Shown here in pieces: positions 49,430-59,943 of a stretch of DNA of 64,000 nucleotides (position 1 is its first letter; each line of letters opens with the position of its first letter). Origin of the DNA: Aureispira anguillae (GTDB taxonomy: Bacteria > Bacteroidota > Bacteroidia > Chitinophagales > Saprospiraceae); the NCBI RefSeq assembly GCF_026000115.1, contig NZ_AP026867.1, positions 2,777,716-2,841,715 of the forward strand, in the 5' to 3' direction. A program made the translations under genes and the position numbers. The notes under the pieces are model-generated. The model saw only the letters and a program-made list of their open reading frames with translations, was not told where the DNA came from and made no database searches.

Positions 49430-51805
49430 ATGAAATATCTATTTTGCTTGTTTCTATATTTAACCTCAAGTTTTATTTTAGTTGCCCAAGACGACAAAAC
49501 TCAAACCATCCGTGGTAAAGTAGTTGACCATGCCAGCCAGATGCCACTAATTGGTGTAGTCTTAATGGTTAGTGAAACAAATATCAATAGTGTTTCTGAC
49601 GAAAATGGCAATTTTGTTTTGGAACAAGTGCCACTAGGCCGCCAAACCATCAATGCTCAATATTTGGGCTACGAGCCTTATACCTCTGAAGACCTGATTA
49701 TCTCCTCTAGTAAAGAACCTTACCTAGATATTTTGCTAAAGGAACAGGTAGAAGTCACAGAGACGGTAGTGGTAAAAGCATCTAAAGGTGCAGATGGCGT
49801 TGGCAATCAAGCCCTCAATGATTTATCTGTCGTTAGTACCCGTTCTTTTTCGGTAGAAGAAACCAAACGTTATGCCGCAAGCATTGATGACCCAGGGCGT
49901 ATGGCAGCAGCACTTCCTGGCGTTCAAAGTGATCAAGACAATGAAAATGATGTTATCATTCGTGGCAATTCCTCTGCGGGGGTATTGTGGCGTTTAGAAG
50001 GCTTAGAGATCACCAACCCAACTCACTTTGCCCGCCCTGCTTCTACGGGGGGTGGGATTACGGTTTTTAGTGCCGCATTATTGGGGAATACTGATTTTTC
50101 TACGGGAGGTTTTGCTGCTGAATATGGCAACGCCTTTTCTGGTGTTTTTGATATGAGATTCCGAAAAGGCAATATGACGCAACGAGAACATTCTGCCAAA
50201 ATTGGTTTGGTGGGACTAGGTTTTGCAACAGAAGGGCCTATGAAAAAAGGAAGGAGTTCTTATTTAATCAATTATCGCTATTCTACACTTGGTGTTCTAA
50301 ATGCTATGGGCTTGTATGTCGTTCGAGAAAATGCCTCTAACAATTTTCAAGATTTATCTTTTTGCTTCACTTTTAATTCTAAAGACAACAAAAACGAATT
50401 TAAGATTTTTGGCGTTGGTGGTAATAGTGACGAGCTTTGGTGGGTCAAAGAGGATACCGCAGATTGGCAAAACAATTGGGATTATCAATACGAAAAAGCA
50501 GGCTCTAACCTAGGAGTTTTGGGGCTAAGTTATCGCCGACTTATCAACGAAAAATCTTACCTAAAAGCTACCGTTGGTTCTGTTTTTAGCCACATTTTTT
50601 CGACTCAGTATGAACCAGAAATCACAAATTTAGAGAATAGAGATACCTTTGAGGTTTATGACTTTAAAATTTTGCGTACTCAAGCACATCTAACTTATAG
50701 TTACAAATTTAGCAATCAATTTAGATTAAAAGCAGGTGGGTTGTTTCATGCCATTAGCCATTGGCTCAACCTAAGCGAACGACGCCCCACAGATGCCGTC
50801 AATCAGCAGTATTTAGCCCTTGGAGATGCCAATACGGATATTTTGCTGCAAGGTTACGCCCAAGGAAGCTACCGCCCCACTAGTCAACTGACCATTAATG
50901 CTGGGGTACATGCTATGTATTTTGCCATGAATAATACTTATAGTATTGAACCTAGGCTCTCGGTGCAATACAAACCTTTTTCGAAAACAACCCTTAGTGC
51001 CGCTTATGGTCTACATGGGAAAGTTATCCCAATTGGGACGTATTATCTTAGAATAAAAGATCAACAGGGCAATTATAGCCAACCCAACAAAAATTTAAAA
51101 ATTGCCAAATGGCACCATGCCATCCTCTCTTACCAACAAGTAATCGGTTTAGGGTTCCGAGCAACGCTAGAAGCCTATTATCAATATGGTTTTGATATTC
51201 CTACTAGCCCTGATAGTTCTAGTACTTATTGGTTATTTAATGAGCGTCAAGCTTATGGCTATGAAGCGATGATTTCGGAAGGGCAAGCACAAAACTATGG
51301 TATAGATATGACGCTAGAAAAAGCGTTTGGTCGAAACTTTTTTATTTTGTTAACGGGCTCTATTTATCAATCTCAATACAAATCTTTAGGCGATACAGAG
51401 TGGAGAAACACTAGGGTCAATAAGGGTTGGGGAACTAGCTTAATGGGAGGTTATGAGTTTGTGTTCAAAAAAGGAGGCGTATTACAGGTTGGTCTTAAGA
51501 ACTTTTTGGCAGGAGGCATACGTTATACCCCTGCTGACGAAGCAGCATCCAAAACCGCTGGCGCATTGATAGAGGACAGCAACAATGCTTTTGGGGCACA
51601 GGCTCCTATTTATTTTAGATTAGATACCCGAATTGCCTATCGAAAAGATCACAAAAAACTTTCTTACACCATTGCTTTAGACATTCAAAATGTGGCGAAT
51701 CATAAGAATATTATTTATTATGCTTATGATCGACAAAAAAACAGCTTATTTCCTCGTTACCAATCGGGTCTTTTGCCTGTTATCAGTATTCAGATTGATT
51801 TTTAA
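49430..51805 (+). CDS. TonB-dependent-receptor-like outer-membrane beta-barrel protein (tandem paralog 2, about 70% identical)
   Basis: 'IRGKVVDHASQMPLIGVVLMVSETNINSVSDENGNFVL', 'NDVIIRGNS', C-terminal 'VISIQIDF'. Confidence 0.7.
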   Translation: MKYLFCLFLYLTSSFILVAQDDKTQTIRGKVVDHASQMPLIGVVLMVSETNINSVSDENGNFVLEQVPLGRQTINAQYLGYEPYTSEDLIISSSKEPYLDILLKEQVEVTETVVVKASKGADGVGNQALNDLSVVSTRSFSVEETKRYAASIDDPGRMAAALPGVQSDQDNENDVIIRGNSSAGVLWRLEGLEITNPTHFARPASTGGGITVFSAALLGNTDFSTGGFAAEYGNAFSGVFDMRFRKGNMTQREHSAKIGLVGLGFATEGPMKKGRSSYLINYRYSTLGVLNAMGLYVVRENASNNFQDLSFCFTFNSKDNKNEFKIFGVGGNSDELWWVKEDTADWQNNWDYQYEKAGSNLGVLGLSYRRLINEKSYLKATVGSVFSHIFSTQYEPEITNLENRDTFEVYDFKILRTQAHLTYSYKFSNQFRLKAGGLFHAISHWLNLSERRPTDAVNQQYLALGDANTDILLQGYAQGSYRPTSQLTINAGVHAMYFAMNNTYSIEPRLSVQYKPFSKTTLSAAYGLHGKVIPIGTYYLRIKDQQGNYSQPNKNLKIAKWHHAILSYQQVIGLGFRATLEAYYQYGFDIPTSPDSSSTYWLFNERQAYGYEAMISEGQAQNYGIDMTLEKAFGRNFFILLTGSIYQSQYKSLGDTEWRNTRVNKGWGTSLMGGYEFVFKKGGVLQVGLKNFLAGGIRYTPADEAASKTAGALIEDSNNAFGAQAPIYFRLDTRIAYRKDHKKLSYTIALDIQNVANHKNIIYYAYDRQKNSLFPRYQSGLLPVISIQIDF

Positions 51806-53258
51806 TGGTTTCTATGGCTTCTTTTAGCCATGTTTTACTAACAATAGGCGTTGCCGCTTCAAAAAATAATTCTAGTTTTTCAACTTCTTTCTGGAATTTT
51901 TCTTTGCGAATAAACCCTTGACTGTCTCTCAATTTGTAAATTTTGCGAATGACATTGATAAAGTTGTAGAACATTTCTTTATCCAAGTCTGTCATTTGTT
52001 GGTTTCGCTTTAGGTAATTCCGAAAAGCATCAATTAGAGAATACAGGGCTTCGCCTTCGTCTAGCTCATAATAGATTCTCAATTGAATCATTTTTGCTCC
52101 TGTATGATAAGTCCAATTGGAAAAAACGACATTGTACAAGGCTTGCAAGGCACCTTTATAATCCTTGGTAGAATACAATAAAAAAGACAGCAAATAAGAA
52201 TAAACACTCTCCCGAACTTCGGGAAGCAGTGCATCCTTATAGGTTTCTATAAATTCTTCCGCCCATTTATAATCACCAAGATTAATGGCAATCGTGCCTA
52301 TATTTTTAAAATCTCCCGCAGATAAAAAGCCATCTACAAAATTAATTTCATGCTTAACCAAAAACTTGGAAATACTAAGCAGTTCTCGCAAATATTTATT
52401 GCTTGCGGTATTTCTTTTATAAGCTCTTATGCAATGATTTTCTAAATAATCGTAAATGTTTTTTAGCTCCAATTTTGAAAAGAGAGCTTGATATTCTTCC
52501 AACCATTGTTTTACATTAAAATACTCCTCGTCTGTACGATCCCCATTTAATAACATTTTAAGGGTTGCTGCGTATATTTTAATGGTTGGTTCTTGAGCGT
52601 AACTGCTGTTTTGCTGGTTCAAATAAACAAATAGTTCGTCTACCAAACGATATTGATAATTGCTGCCGATGACCTTATTTCGGCTAACCATATCACAGGC
52701 AATTTTTAGTTTTTTGGTAATGAAAAACAAGTCCAAAAAATCATTTTTCATTTGCAGGTTTTCATTATAGCTCCTACCTCCTTGGGTAATAAAATTTACA
52801 TCTAGTTCTTTGTAATAGGCAAATTTTTCCCAATAAAGATCTTCTATGTCGCTATACGAACTATCTGAACTACGTTCTATCTTACGCAGGATTGCATTGT
52901 AATCTTTGAATTGTTTGCGCTGTCTTAGTTCTGCTAAGATCTTGATTAAATGTTGATTTTTTTTATCCTCATGGGTCGTAATCACTAAAAAATCATGCAA
53001 TAGCCCCAATAATTTAGAAGCCACGCTATGCAAAGCATTGCCATCAAATTGTTTATTGGGATACAAATGCTTAAATACCCGTTCTTTTTCGAGGCGATGT
53101 TGTCGCTTATTATTTGGAATATACTTGGCTAAATACAAACATAGCTTCTTAACCTCCGCATGTTTATTATAAAATGGCGAATGCACATAGTCCGAAAAAC
53201 GAGTAATTTCTCTAGAATTTAAATACTGAAAAAGTGTTACAAGTTTAGTTTTATGCAT
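51783..53258 (-). CDS. Hypothetical alpha-helical protein (491 aa), unknown function
   Basis: Long ORF with no recognised motif. The 3' end overlaps the convergent gene by 23 bp. Confidence 0.55.
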   Translation of the reverse strand: MHKTKLVTLFQYLNSREITRFSDYVHSPFYNKHAEVKKLCLYLAKYIPNNKRQHRLEKERVFKHLYPNKQFDGNALHSVASKLLGLLHDFLVITTHEDKKNQHLIKILAELRQRKQFKDYNAILRKIERSSDSSYSDIEDLYWEKFAYYKELDVNFITQGGRSYNENLQMKNDFLDLFFITKKLKIACDMVSRNKVIGSNYQYRLVDELFVYLNQQNSSYAQEPTIKIYAATLKMLLNGDRTDEEYFNVKQWLEEYQALFSKLELKNIYDYLENHCIRAYKRNTASNKYLRELLSISKFLVKHEINFVDGFLSAGDFKNIGTIAINLGDYKWAEEFIETYKDALLPEVRESVYSYLLSFLLYSTKDYKGALQALYNVVFSNWTYHTGAKMIQLRIYYELDEGEALYSLIDAFRNYLKRNQQMTDLDKEMFYNFINVIRKIYKLRDSQGFIRKEKFQKEVEKLELFFEAATPIVSKTWLKEAIETIKNQSEY

Positions 53259-53374
53259 GATTAATGATCGATATTAATTATTAATTTCATCACAGGTGGT
53301 ATTCAATAATGCTCTGTAATGGCATTTCATAGTTAAGAATAAACCTCACATTTTTGCTAAACAAAACGCTACTA

Positions 53375-53890
53375 TTAAATGTCCAACAGTCCTTCTGGCA
53401 AACTCATGGTAACCAACTTCTCATTTTTATCAACATCAATGATCCAAGCTGCCCTTAGTGGGATCAAAATTTCTTTTGTTCCTGTGTCAACGGTTGCCAT
53501 TTCTTGTTGAGGATACTCATCCACATATTGGATGGTTCCAACTCTACCCGCCTCTTCTTCTTTCAAGGTATAGCCCTCCAAAAAACTATATTCCAACCCT
53601 GTGTCATTAATTTCCTCTTCGCTCAAAGAAATATCCTGTCTACGCAAATACAGTCGTTTATTGGTCAAAAGACTCGCATCTTCTTTGGTATCAATATCCT
53701 CAAATTTTAAAATTAAGGTTTCGGTTCCTCTCAAATCTTCAATAAAAAAAGGAGCCTTTTCTCCTCTTTGCTCTACAAAAAAAGCATCTACCTTGGCTAC
53801 ATCTCCCCAAAAACGTTCATCAATCGTTCCTTTTAATTCACCATTTAAACCATGTGGCTTTTTTATTTTTCCAATCTCAATATACTCCAT
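53375..53890 (-). CDS. rimM: Ribosome maturation factor RimM
   Basis: N-terminus 'MEYIEIGKIKKPHGLNGELKG' (RimM GxxxxxHGxxGE motif), 171 aa, PRC-barrel-like C-terminus. Confidence 0.75.
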   Translation of the reverse strand: MEYIEIGKIKKPHGLNGELKGTIDERFWGDVAKVDAFFVEQRGEKAPFFIEDLRGTETLILKFEDIDTKEDASLLTNKRLYLRRQDISLSEEEINDTGLEYSFLEGYTLKEEEAGRVGTIQYVDEYPQQEMATVDTGTKEILIPLRAAWIIDVDKNEKLVTMSLPEGLLDI

Positions 53891-54210
53891 TCTATTCTAT
53901 GCTATTTTCTAAAAACTTTTCTAATTCTATTTCTGTTATACTAATAAGTAACTAATAAATGCCTACTTTTTTAAAATCTGATGGAATGGGCTTTTTCTAA
54001 TCGGCTATTAGAAGCTAAATCCCTGCATATTTAGACATTAAATACAAGGCTCGATGGAGCATAATGCCTAAATTCCAAAAGCAAAGAGATCTAAAAATAG
54101 CCAAAAGCTAACCCAATTTTAATTTTTATAGAAATTGTCAGGTAAACAAATAATCCATATTACAATATACTAAATACATGGTGTAATAAAAATGGACGAT
54201 ATAAAAATAA

Positions 54211-54478
54211 TGGTTCTTTGATAAATCGTGTGGTAAACACTAAAAAAGGGTAAGCTTTTAACTACTTTTTAGCTTCGCTGCTAGGCATCTCCGTTGGTAC
54301 ACCATACCAAACTCTCGTGCACTACGTTTATGTGGTTTAGTAGAAAGTTATAAGTCGTAAGTCGTATGTCCTGTATTTACAGGAACTAAGCATACGACTT
54401 ACGACCTATAACTTATAACAAAAGTAGTAATAAGCAGGCAAGGTAGTTTACGATTCCACACCATTTGTCAAAGAACCA
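54211..54478. mobile_element. Palindromic MITE-like element, copy 2 (inverted relative to copy 1, with a ~70-bp internal insertion)
   Basis: TIRs TGGTTCTTTGAtaaatcGTGTGG / CCACACcatttgTCAAAGAACCA. Same central hairpin 'gttataagtcgtaagtcgtatgtcctgtatttacaggaactaagcatacgacttacgacctataac'. Confidence 0.55.
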
Positions 54479-54623
54479 AAATAATTAAGTACAGCTATAG
54501 GCTAGGTCTGTTGTTAAATCCACTTAGTTAATTATCTTTATGGAAGCTTTAGGCCTAAAGTAACTCAATATTATGTTAAAAAAATTATACCAACATTTAT
54601 TTAAGCAAAAAAAAAATATCAAT

Positions 54624-54947
54624 ATGAAATGGAAAGCGCTTAATACCATTCAGGACCTAGAAACGGCTCTAGAAGCGTCTCATAATCAGCCCGTAGCCTT
54701 ATTCAAACACAGTACCCGTTGCTCGGTTTCTTTAATGGCAAAAAAAAGCGTTGAGCGCTTTTGGGACTTAGATATTGATGCTTATTATTTGGATTTAATA
54801 GCCCATAGAGATGTGTCCAATGCTATCGCCGATCAGCTTAATATTCAACACCAATCGCCTCAAATGATCCTAGTAAAAAAAGGAGAAGCAATCTATAATG
54901 CTTCACATGGGGCAATAGATGTAGATGCTATGGGAGAACTTCTATAA
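54624..54947 (+). CDS. ytxJ: YtxJ-like thioredoxin-fold protein (bacillithiol-system monothiol redoxin family, DUF2847)
   Basis: 'ALFKHSTRCSVS' contains the TRCxxS signature. About 108 aa from the internal Met 'MKWKAL'. Confidence 0.65.
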   Translation: MKWKALNTIQDLETALEASHNQPVALFKHSTRCSVSLMAKKSVERFWDLDIDAYYLDLIAHRDVSNAIADQLNIQHQSPQMILVKKGEAIYNASHGAIDVDAMGELL

Positions 54948-55763
54948 TTAATTCAACAGCAGGAAATCGGGGATATCTTCTTTAGTAATTAAGACCAAAT
55001 CCCCGATTTCATTTTCTTGAATTAGCAGCATTCCTTCGTTGGGTTTATTGCGCAACTCTTTGGTAAAATCATGCGCTACAAAAACAACCATTCTATTAAC
55101 TAATTCTGTAATCTTATACAGTTTTCCTATCCTGCTAACCAAGCGATACTCAACGCCATTGGATAAAACCGTTAATTCTAAAAATCGCTTAGTCCCTTTT
55201 ATTTCCTTGGCAGCAATGATTTGCCCATCTTGGAACTTCACATCTGCATAATAATCTGAATTAATAGCTTTGCGAATAGGGTATTTTAGACGACGAGTCA
55301 ACACCTCTTGCTGCAACCACAAATCTTTTAGTTGTTCTGTTGCCGTTTTGCTATTACAAATCACCTTTACAGGAAAATTTTTGGGCACATAAATCTGAGC
55401 AATTACCTCATCTGTTAAGGCAATTCCTTGAACAGTAATTGCATGATGAATTTCTGGCAACTGAACTCGAAGAATTTTGTCCTTCCGTTTACCACGCATG
55501 CTATAACGTCCCTTTCTAGCCAGCCTTTTGAGAAAGTCATCGGGCAAACTAAAGGATTCTACCTGAGTAAAGGTTCGAACAATTTTTTTATCCCAATCAA
55601 TAATCTCATAGGGAATTTGCAAATCAATTAAAATCGTATCGCTTTCTTTCAATGAAAACGAACGCACATATTCCTTTAGGAATTGTGTTTGTCCATTTTC
55701 ACTCAATGCTAATACGGCAATCAATATCAAGAGTGCTTTTTTCATCATAGGGGCTTTATCCAA
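54948..55763 (-). CDS. Hypothetical secreted protein
   Basis: Signal peptide 'MMKKALLILIAVLALSENGQTQ'. No recognised domain. Confidence 0.55.
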   Translation of the reverse strand: MDKAPMMKKALLILIAVLALSENGQTQFLKEYVRSFSLKESDTILIDLQIPYEIIDWDKKIVRTFTQVESFSLPDDFLKRLARKGRYSMRGKRKDKILRVQLPEIHHAITVQGIALTDEVIAQIYVPKNFPVKVICNSKTATEQLKDLWLQQEVLTRRLKYPIRKAINSDYYADVKFQDGQIIAAKEIKGTKRFLELTVLSNGVEYRLVSRIGKLYKITELVNRMVVFVAHDFTKELRNKPNEGMLLIQENEIGDLVLITKEDIPDFLLLN

Positions 55764-55831
55764 TTCAACATTTATTATCTAAGTAACTAAACGGAATGGA
55801 TTGTAAATTTACAATCCATCCTTGTGCTTCA

Positions 55832-58039
55832 TTACTTAACAGCACCTCCATTCATAGCCGTATCTTTAGGACTCACAAAAATTAATTTACCAGCTTCATT
55901 TTCAGCCATTAAAATCATTCCCTGCGATTCAATTCCCATCATTTTTCGAGGAGCTAAATTAGCCACCAAGACCACTTGTTGACCAATAATTTCAGTTGGT
56001 TCATAATGCAAGGCAATACCAGAAACAACCGTTCTAGACTCAAAGCCTAAATCCACGGTTAGTTTTAATAATTTTTTAGCCTTTTTGACTTTTTCCGCAG
56101 CAACAATCGTCCCTGTTCTAAAATCAACCTTCACAAAATCATCAAAGGTGCATTCTGCTTTGACAGGTTCGGCTTCTTTGGCTGCCGCTGCTTCTGCTGC
56201 TGCCTGTTTTTGTTTGAGTACTTCTAACTTTTCTTTTTGAAGCTCCACCAATGCCAGTCTAGATTTATCTTTTCTATCGTTAATTTTGGCGAATAACAAT
56301 TCAGGCGTATTGATTGCATGACCATTTTCCAATAGCGTTTTTCCCTCTGCAAGAAGTGTTTTAAGACGATCAAAATCACCTATCTGTAAAGCCTCTAGCC
56401 CCAACAAATTTCTTAATTTTGCAGCCGTAAAAGGCAAAAAAGGTTGGCTTGCAACACTCAAAACAGTAGCAATTTGCAAACTTAAATTCATCACTCCTTT
56501 CACCAACTCAGAATCGGGCTCTCCTTTCCAGATTTTCCATGGCTCATTGCGTTGCAATAAGATATTAGCATAACTAGAAATATCCATTAGTGCCTGTACC
56601 CCATTTTTAAATTCATAGTTTAGGATACAAGTTTCTAACTTTTCTACTTTCAAGAGTAAGACTTTTAAGGCCTCTTCAATAGTTGTTGTGCTATCTTCTT
56701 CCACATCCTTAATCACAGTAGTTGGGTTGGCCGCAGGCACCTTTCCTTCGTAATATTTGTGTGTTAATGTAATTACACGATTGATTAGATTTCCTAAGTT
56801 AGCAACCAATTCATTGTCGTGTAGTGCTACAAATTCATCCCATTTAAAATCACCATCTTTATTTTCTGGCAAAGTACGAATCAGAGCATAACGCAAGGCA
56901 TCTTCTTTATTTGGGAAAGCATCAAAGTCATTTAAATATTGATGCTGTTCGATCACCCATCCTCTAGATTTTGAAAATTTCTTTCCTTCTAAATTCAAGA
57001 ACTGATTGGCAGGAACCGTTTTGGGCAAGACATAATCGCCGTGCGCTTTGAGCATAGCAGGAAACACAATACAATGGAAAACAATATTGTCCTTTCCAAT
57101 AAAATGCACCAACTCTATGTCCTCTCCTTTCCAATAGCTTTCCCAATCTTTATCATTCTCCAATGCCCATTGTTTGGTTGCAGAAATATAACCAATAGGC
57201 GCATCAAACCAAACATACAACACTTTGCCTTCTCCCCCCTCTACGGGTACTTTTATTCCCCAATCTAGGTCTCGAGTAATGGCTCTAGGCAGCAATCCGC
57301 CCGTTTTTTTTCCCGTTTCTTGATCTACCTTTTCCTCTAGCCAAGAATTGCACTGACCAATAACATGCGTTTTCCAAGTTTTGGGATCGTGCAACTGCTT
57401 GCCATCTACTTTTCCAGTATTAATCCATTCTTTTAGCCAATCGCTGTGCTTATCCAATTTAAAATACCAGTGTTTTGTCTTTTTTAACACAGGCAATTTA
57501 CCACTCAGGGTAGATTTTGGATTGATTAACTCCGTAGGAGATAAAGTAGAACCGCATTTTTCGCATTGATCACCGTATGCTTCTGGATGGTCGCACTTTG
57601 GACAAGTTCCAACGATATAACGATCTGCCAAAAATTGATTAAAATCCTCGTCGTAATACTGTTCGCTTTCTTTTACCTCAAATTCGCCCCCTTTTTCTAA
57701 TAAGGTTTTAAAAAAATCTTGAGCTGTTTCATGATGTAAAGCCGCACTTGTACGATGGTATTTATCAAAAGAAATGCCTAAACGTTCAAAGGTTTCTTTG
57801 TTTAAATTATGATAGGTATCAATAATTTCTTGGGGGCTTCTCCCCTCTTTTTTTGCTCGGATTGTAATTGCTGCGCCATGCTCATCAGAACCACAGATGA
57901 AGGCAACATCTTTACCTTGCAAACGCAAAAAGCGAGCATAAATATCTGCTGGTAAATAAGCTCCTGCCAAGTGTCCTAAATGCAAAGCCCCATTAGCATA
58001 AGGTAATGCAGCCGTTATGGTATGTTTTTTATTATTCAT
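55832..58039 (-). CDS. metG: Methionine--tRNA ligase with a C-terminal EMAP/tRNA-binding domain
   Basis: 'PYANGALHLGHLAG' (HIGH-class motif), zinc knuckle 'CPKCDHPEAYGDQCEKCG', 'KFSKSRG' (KMSKS), C-terminal 'GQQVVLVANLAPRKMMGIESQGMIL'. Confidence 0.95.
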   Translation of the reverse strand: MNNKKHTITAALPYANGALHLGHLAGAYLPADIYARFLRLQGKDVAFICGSDEHGAAITIRAKKEGRSPQEIIDTYHNLNKETFERLGISFDKYHRTSAALHHETAQDFFKTLLEKGGEFEVKESEQYYDEDFNQFLADRYIVGTCPKCDHPEAYGDQCEKCGSTLSPTELINPKSTLSGKLPVLKKTKHWYFKLDKHSDWLKEWINTGKVDGKQLHDPKTWKTHVIGQCNSWLEEKVDQETGKKTGGLLPRAITRDLDWGIKVPVEGGEGKVLYVWFDAPIGYISATKQWALENDKDWESYWKGEDIELVHFIGKDNIVFHCIVFPAMLKAHGDYVLPKTVPANQFLNLEGKKFSKSRGWVIEQHQYLNDFDAFPNKEDALRYALIRTLPENKDGDFKWDEFVALHDNELVANLGNLINRVITLTHKYYEGKVPAANPTTVIKDVEEDSTTTIEEALKVLLLKVEKLETCILNYEFKNGVQALMDISSYANILLQRNEPWKIWKGEPDSELVKGVMNLSLQIATVLSVASQPFLPFTAAKLRNLLGLEALQIGDFDRLKTLLAEGKTLLENGHAINTPELLFAKINDRKDKSRLALVELQKEKLEVLKQKQAAAEAAAAKEAEPVKAECTFDDFVKVDFRTGTIVAAEKVKKAKKLLKLTVDLGFESRTVVSGIALHYEPTEIIGQQVVLVANLAPRKMMGIESQGMILMAENEAGKLIFVSPKDTAMNGGAVK

Positions 58040-58450
58040 TGACTTTTTTTGTTTTTAACTTTTTAGGCTGAGTACAAGACAAAACAGGTAAAGGATACTG
58101 ATAAAGTACAGTTTAAGCTAAAACTTATATTTCGATCTTAGATACTAGATCGCTTTGCTTTTAGATTATAGACCCTATAACAGCCTAATAGGGTCTATAA
58201 TCTAAACGTATGAATGTAATGATCGAGCAGGCTTGATCTAAGACCTGAAAAATAGTTCCATTAATCCCTTACTTTATTTAATTCCTACTGTTTTGTCCTG
58301 TACACGCTTTTTAGGGAATAAGTTTTTTTGCTGAATGAATAATTACACCAAAAATGCTTCTTTAGTTCCCATAGGGGCAAAAATAAACACTAGCCTTAAA
58401 AAAGCTAGTGTTTATTGTGTTTTTTATATAAAAATCTTGCTAAGTTCTAT

Positions 58451-59941
58451 CTAGCTCATCATTCTAGCATGAACAAAAGAATAGCCACTAATGATAGTAT
58501 ATCCTAAGAATACTAAAATGTGAAAAGGCAACATTCCAATTACACCACTATAGATAGAAACAATAATAGTAGACAAAAATACCAAGGCCAAAAATAATTC
58601 TGCTTTAGCAACTGGGCTTACCCCTTTTGACAAATATTTATTTTTCTTCCACCCCTTTGCTTTTTTATCTTCCAAATTGAATTTTGGCGTACGCACAAAA
58701 GGTGTCTTTTTGCCAATATAGCCTTCAAAAGCGGCCATAGCATTGTGCAATGCCATACCCATAGACAATGCCAAGAAGAAAGGAAATCTAATGACAAATG
58801 AAAATAGCGTTTGCAAAGAGAAACCGCCTCTTGTATGTTCATAAGACAACCAAAAGAAAAGCGAAACCATAATCATATTCAACGATCCCAAAGCAGCATA
58901 AGACAAAATATCATTATAGATAACATTTTGGTTTTGATATTCGTACTGAATCCAAACTAAAGGAATGCTACTCAAAGACAACAATAGGATGCAAATAAAG
59001 ATACCTGTATTCATCAAATGTGATACGGCGTGCAATTTATCCACAAAGCCCATATCTTTGGCTTTAAAAACTCGTGGTAAATTCTTTACAGCACATTCAG
59101 CAGCACCTTTGGTCCAACGGAATTGCTGGCTTTTAAAAGCATTCATAGCAACGGGCAACTCTGCTGGAGTAGTTACATCTCCTAAGTATTTAAATACCCA
59201 GCCCTTTAATTGAGCACGGTAGCTCAAATCTAAATCCTCTGTCAAGGTATCTGAAGACCAGCCTCCTGCATCCTCAATACAAGCACGTCTCCAAAGACCA
59301 GCAGTTCCATTAAAATTCATAAAATGCCCAGACATATTACGTCCCATTTGCTCTACTACAAAATGAGCATCCAATGCCAAGGCTTGCATTTGAGTAAGGA
59401 ATGAATAATCTTTATTCATGTGCTCCCATCTTGTTTGTACAACGCCAATTTGCTCATCCTTGAAATAAGGAATCGTTCTTTTTAGGAAATCAGAATGTGG
59501 AATAAAATCAGCATCAAATACTGCCACAAATTCTCCTTTAGAAATGGTCAAGCCATAAGCTAATGCACCAGCTTTAAAACCAACACGCTCAGGACGTCTT
59601 ACTTGCTGAATGTCCCAACCATGGTGTTCTAAGCTCTTGATTTTATCTGCAATAATTTGTACCGTTTCGTCCGTAGAGTCATCCAAAACCTGAATTTCAA
59701 CCTTGTCTTTAGGATAATCCAATAACACGATTGCATCCAACAAACGCTCTACTACATAGAGCTCATTGTATACAGGCAATTGAATGGTTACTGTAGGAAC
59801 AAAATCGTCTGTCATAACAGCATTGTTTCTTTCTTTGCGGCGTCTCCACCAAAAGCTAATTGCAAGGTGCAACTGCACGCAACTATAAAGAAAAATAAAA
59901 ATGAGGGGAAGTGCGTACAACGCAATGATCAATATTTCCAC
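58451..59941 (-). CDS. Membrane-embedded processive family-2 glycosyltransferase (cellulose/chitin-synthase-like)
   Basis: N-terminal TM. 'VLDDSTDET', 'FDADF', 'QQFRWTKGA' (QxxRW). Several C-terminal TMs. Confidence 0.8.
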   Translation of the reverse strand: MEILIIALYALPLIFIFLYSCVQLHLAISFWWRRRKERNNAVMTDDFVPTVTIQLPVYNELYVVERLLDAIVLLDYPKDKVEIQVLDDSTDETVQIIADKIKSLEHHGWDIQQVRRPERVGFKAGALAYGLTISKGEFVAVFDADFIPHSDFLKRTIPYFKDEQIGVVQTRWEHMNKDYSFLTQMQALALDAHFVVEQMGRNMSGHFMNFNGTAGLWRRACIEDAGGWSSDTLTEDLDLSYRAQLKGWVFKYLGDVTTPAELPVAMNAFKSQQFRWTKGAAECAVKNLPRVFKAKDMGFVDKLHAVSHLMNTGIFICILLLSLSSIPLVWIQYEYQNQNVIYNDILSYAALGSLNMIMVSLFFWLSYEHTRGGFSLQTLFSFVIRFPFFLALSMGMALHNAMAAFEGYIGKKTPFVRTPKFNLEDKKAKGWKKNKYLSKGVSPVAKAELFLALVFLSTIIVSIYSGVIGMLPFHILVFLGYTIISGYSFVHARMMS

Positions 59942-59943
59942 GT

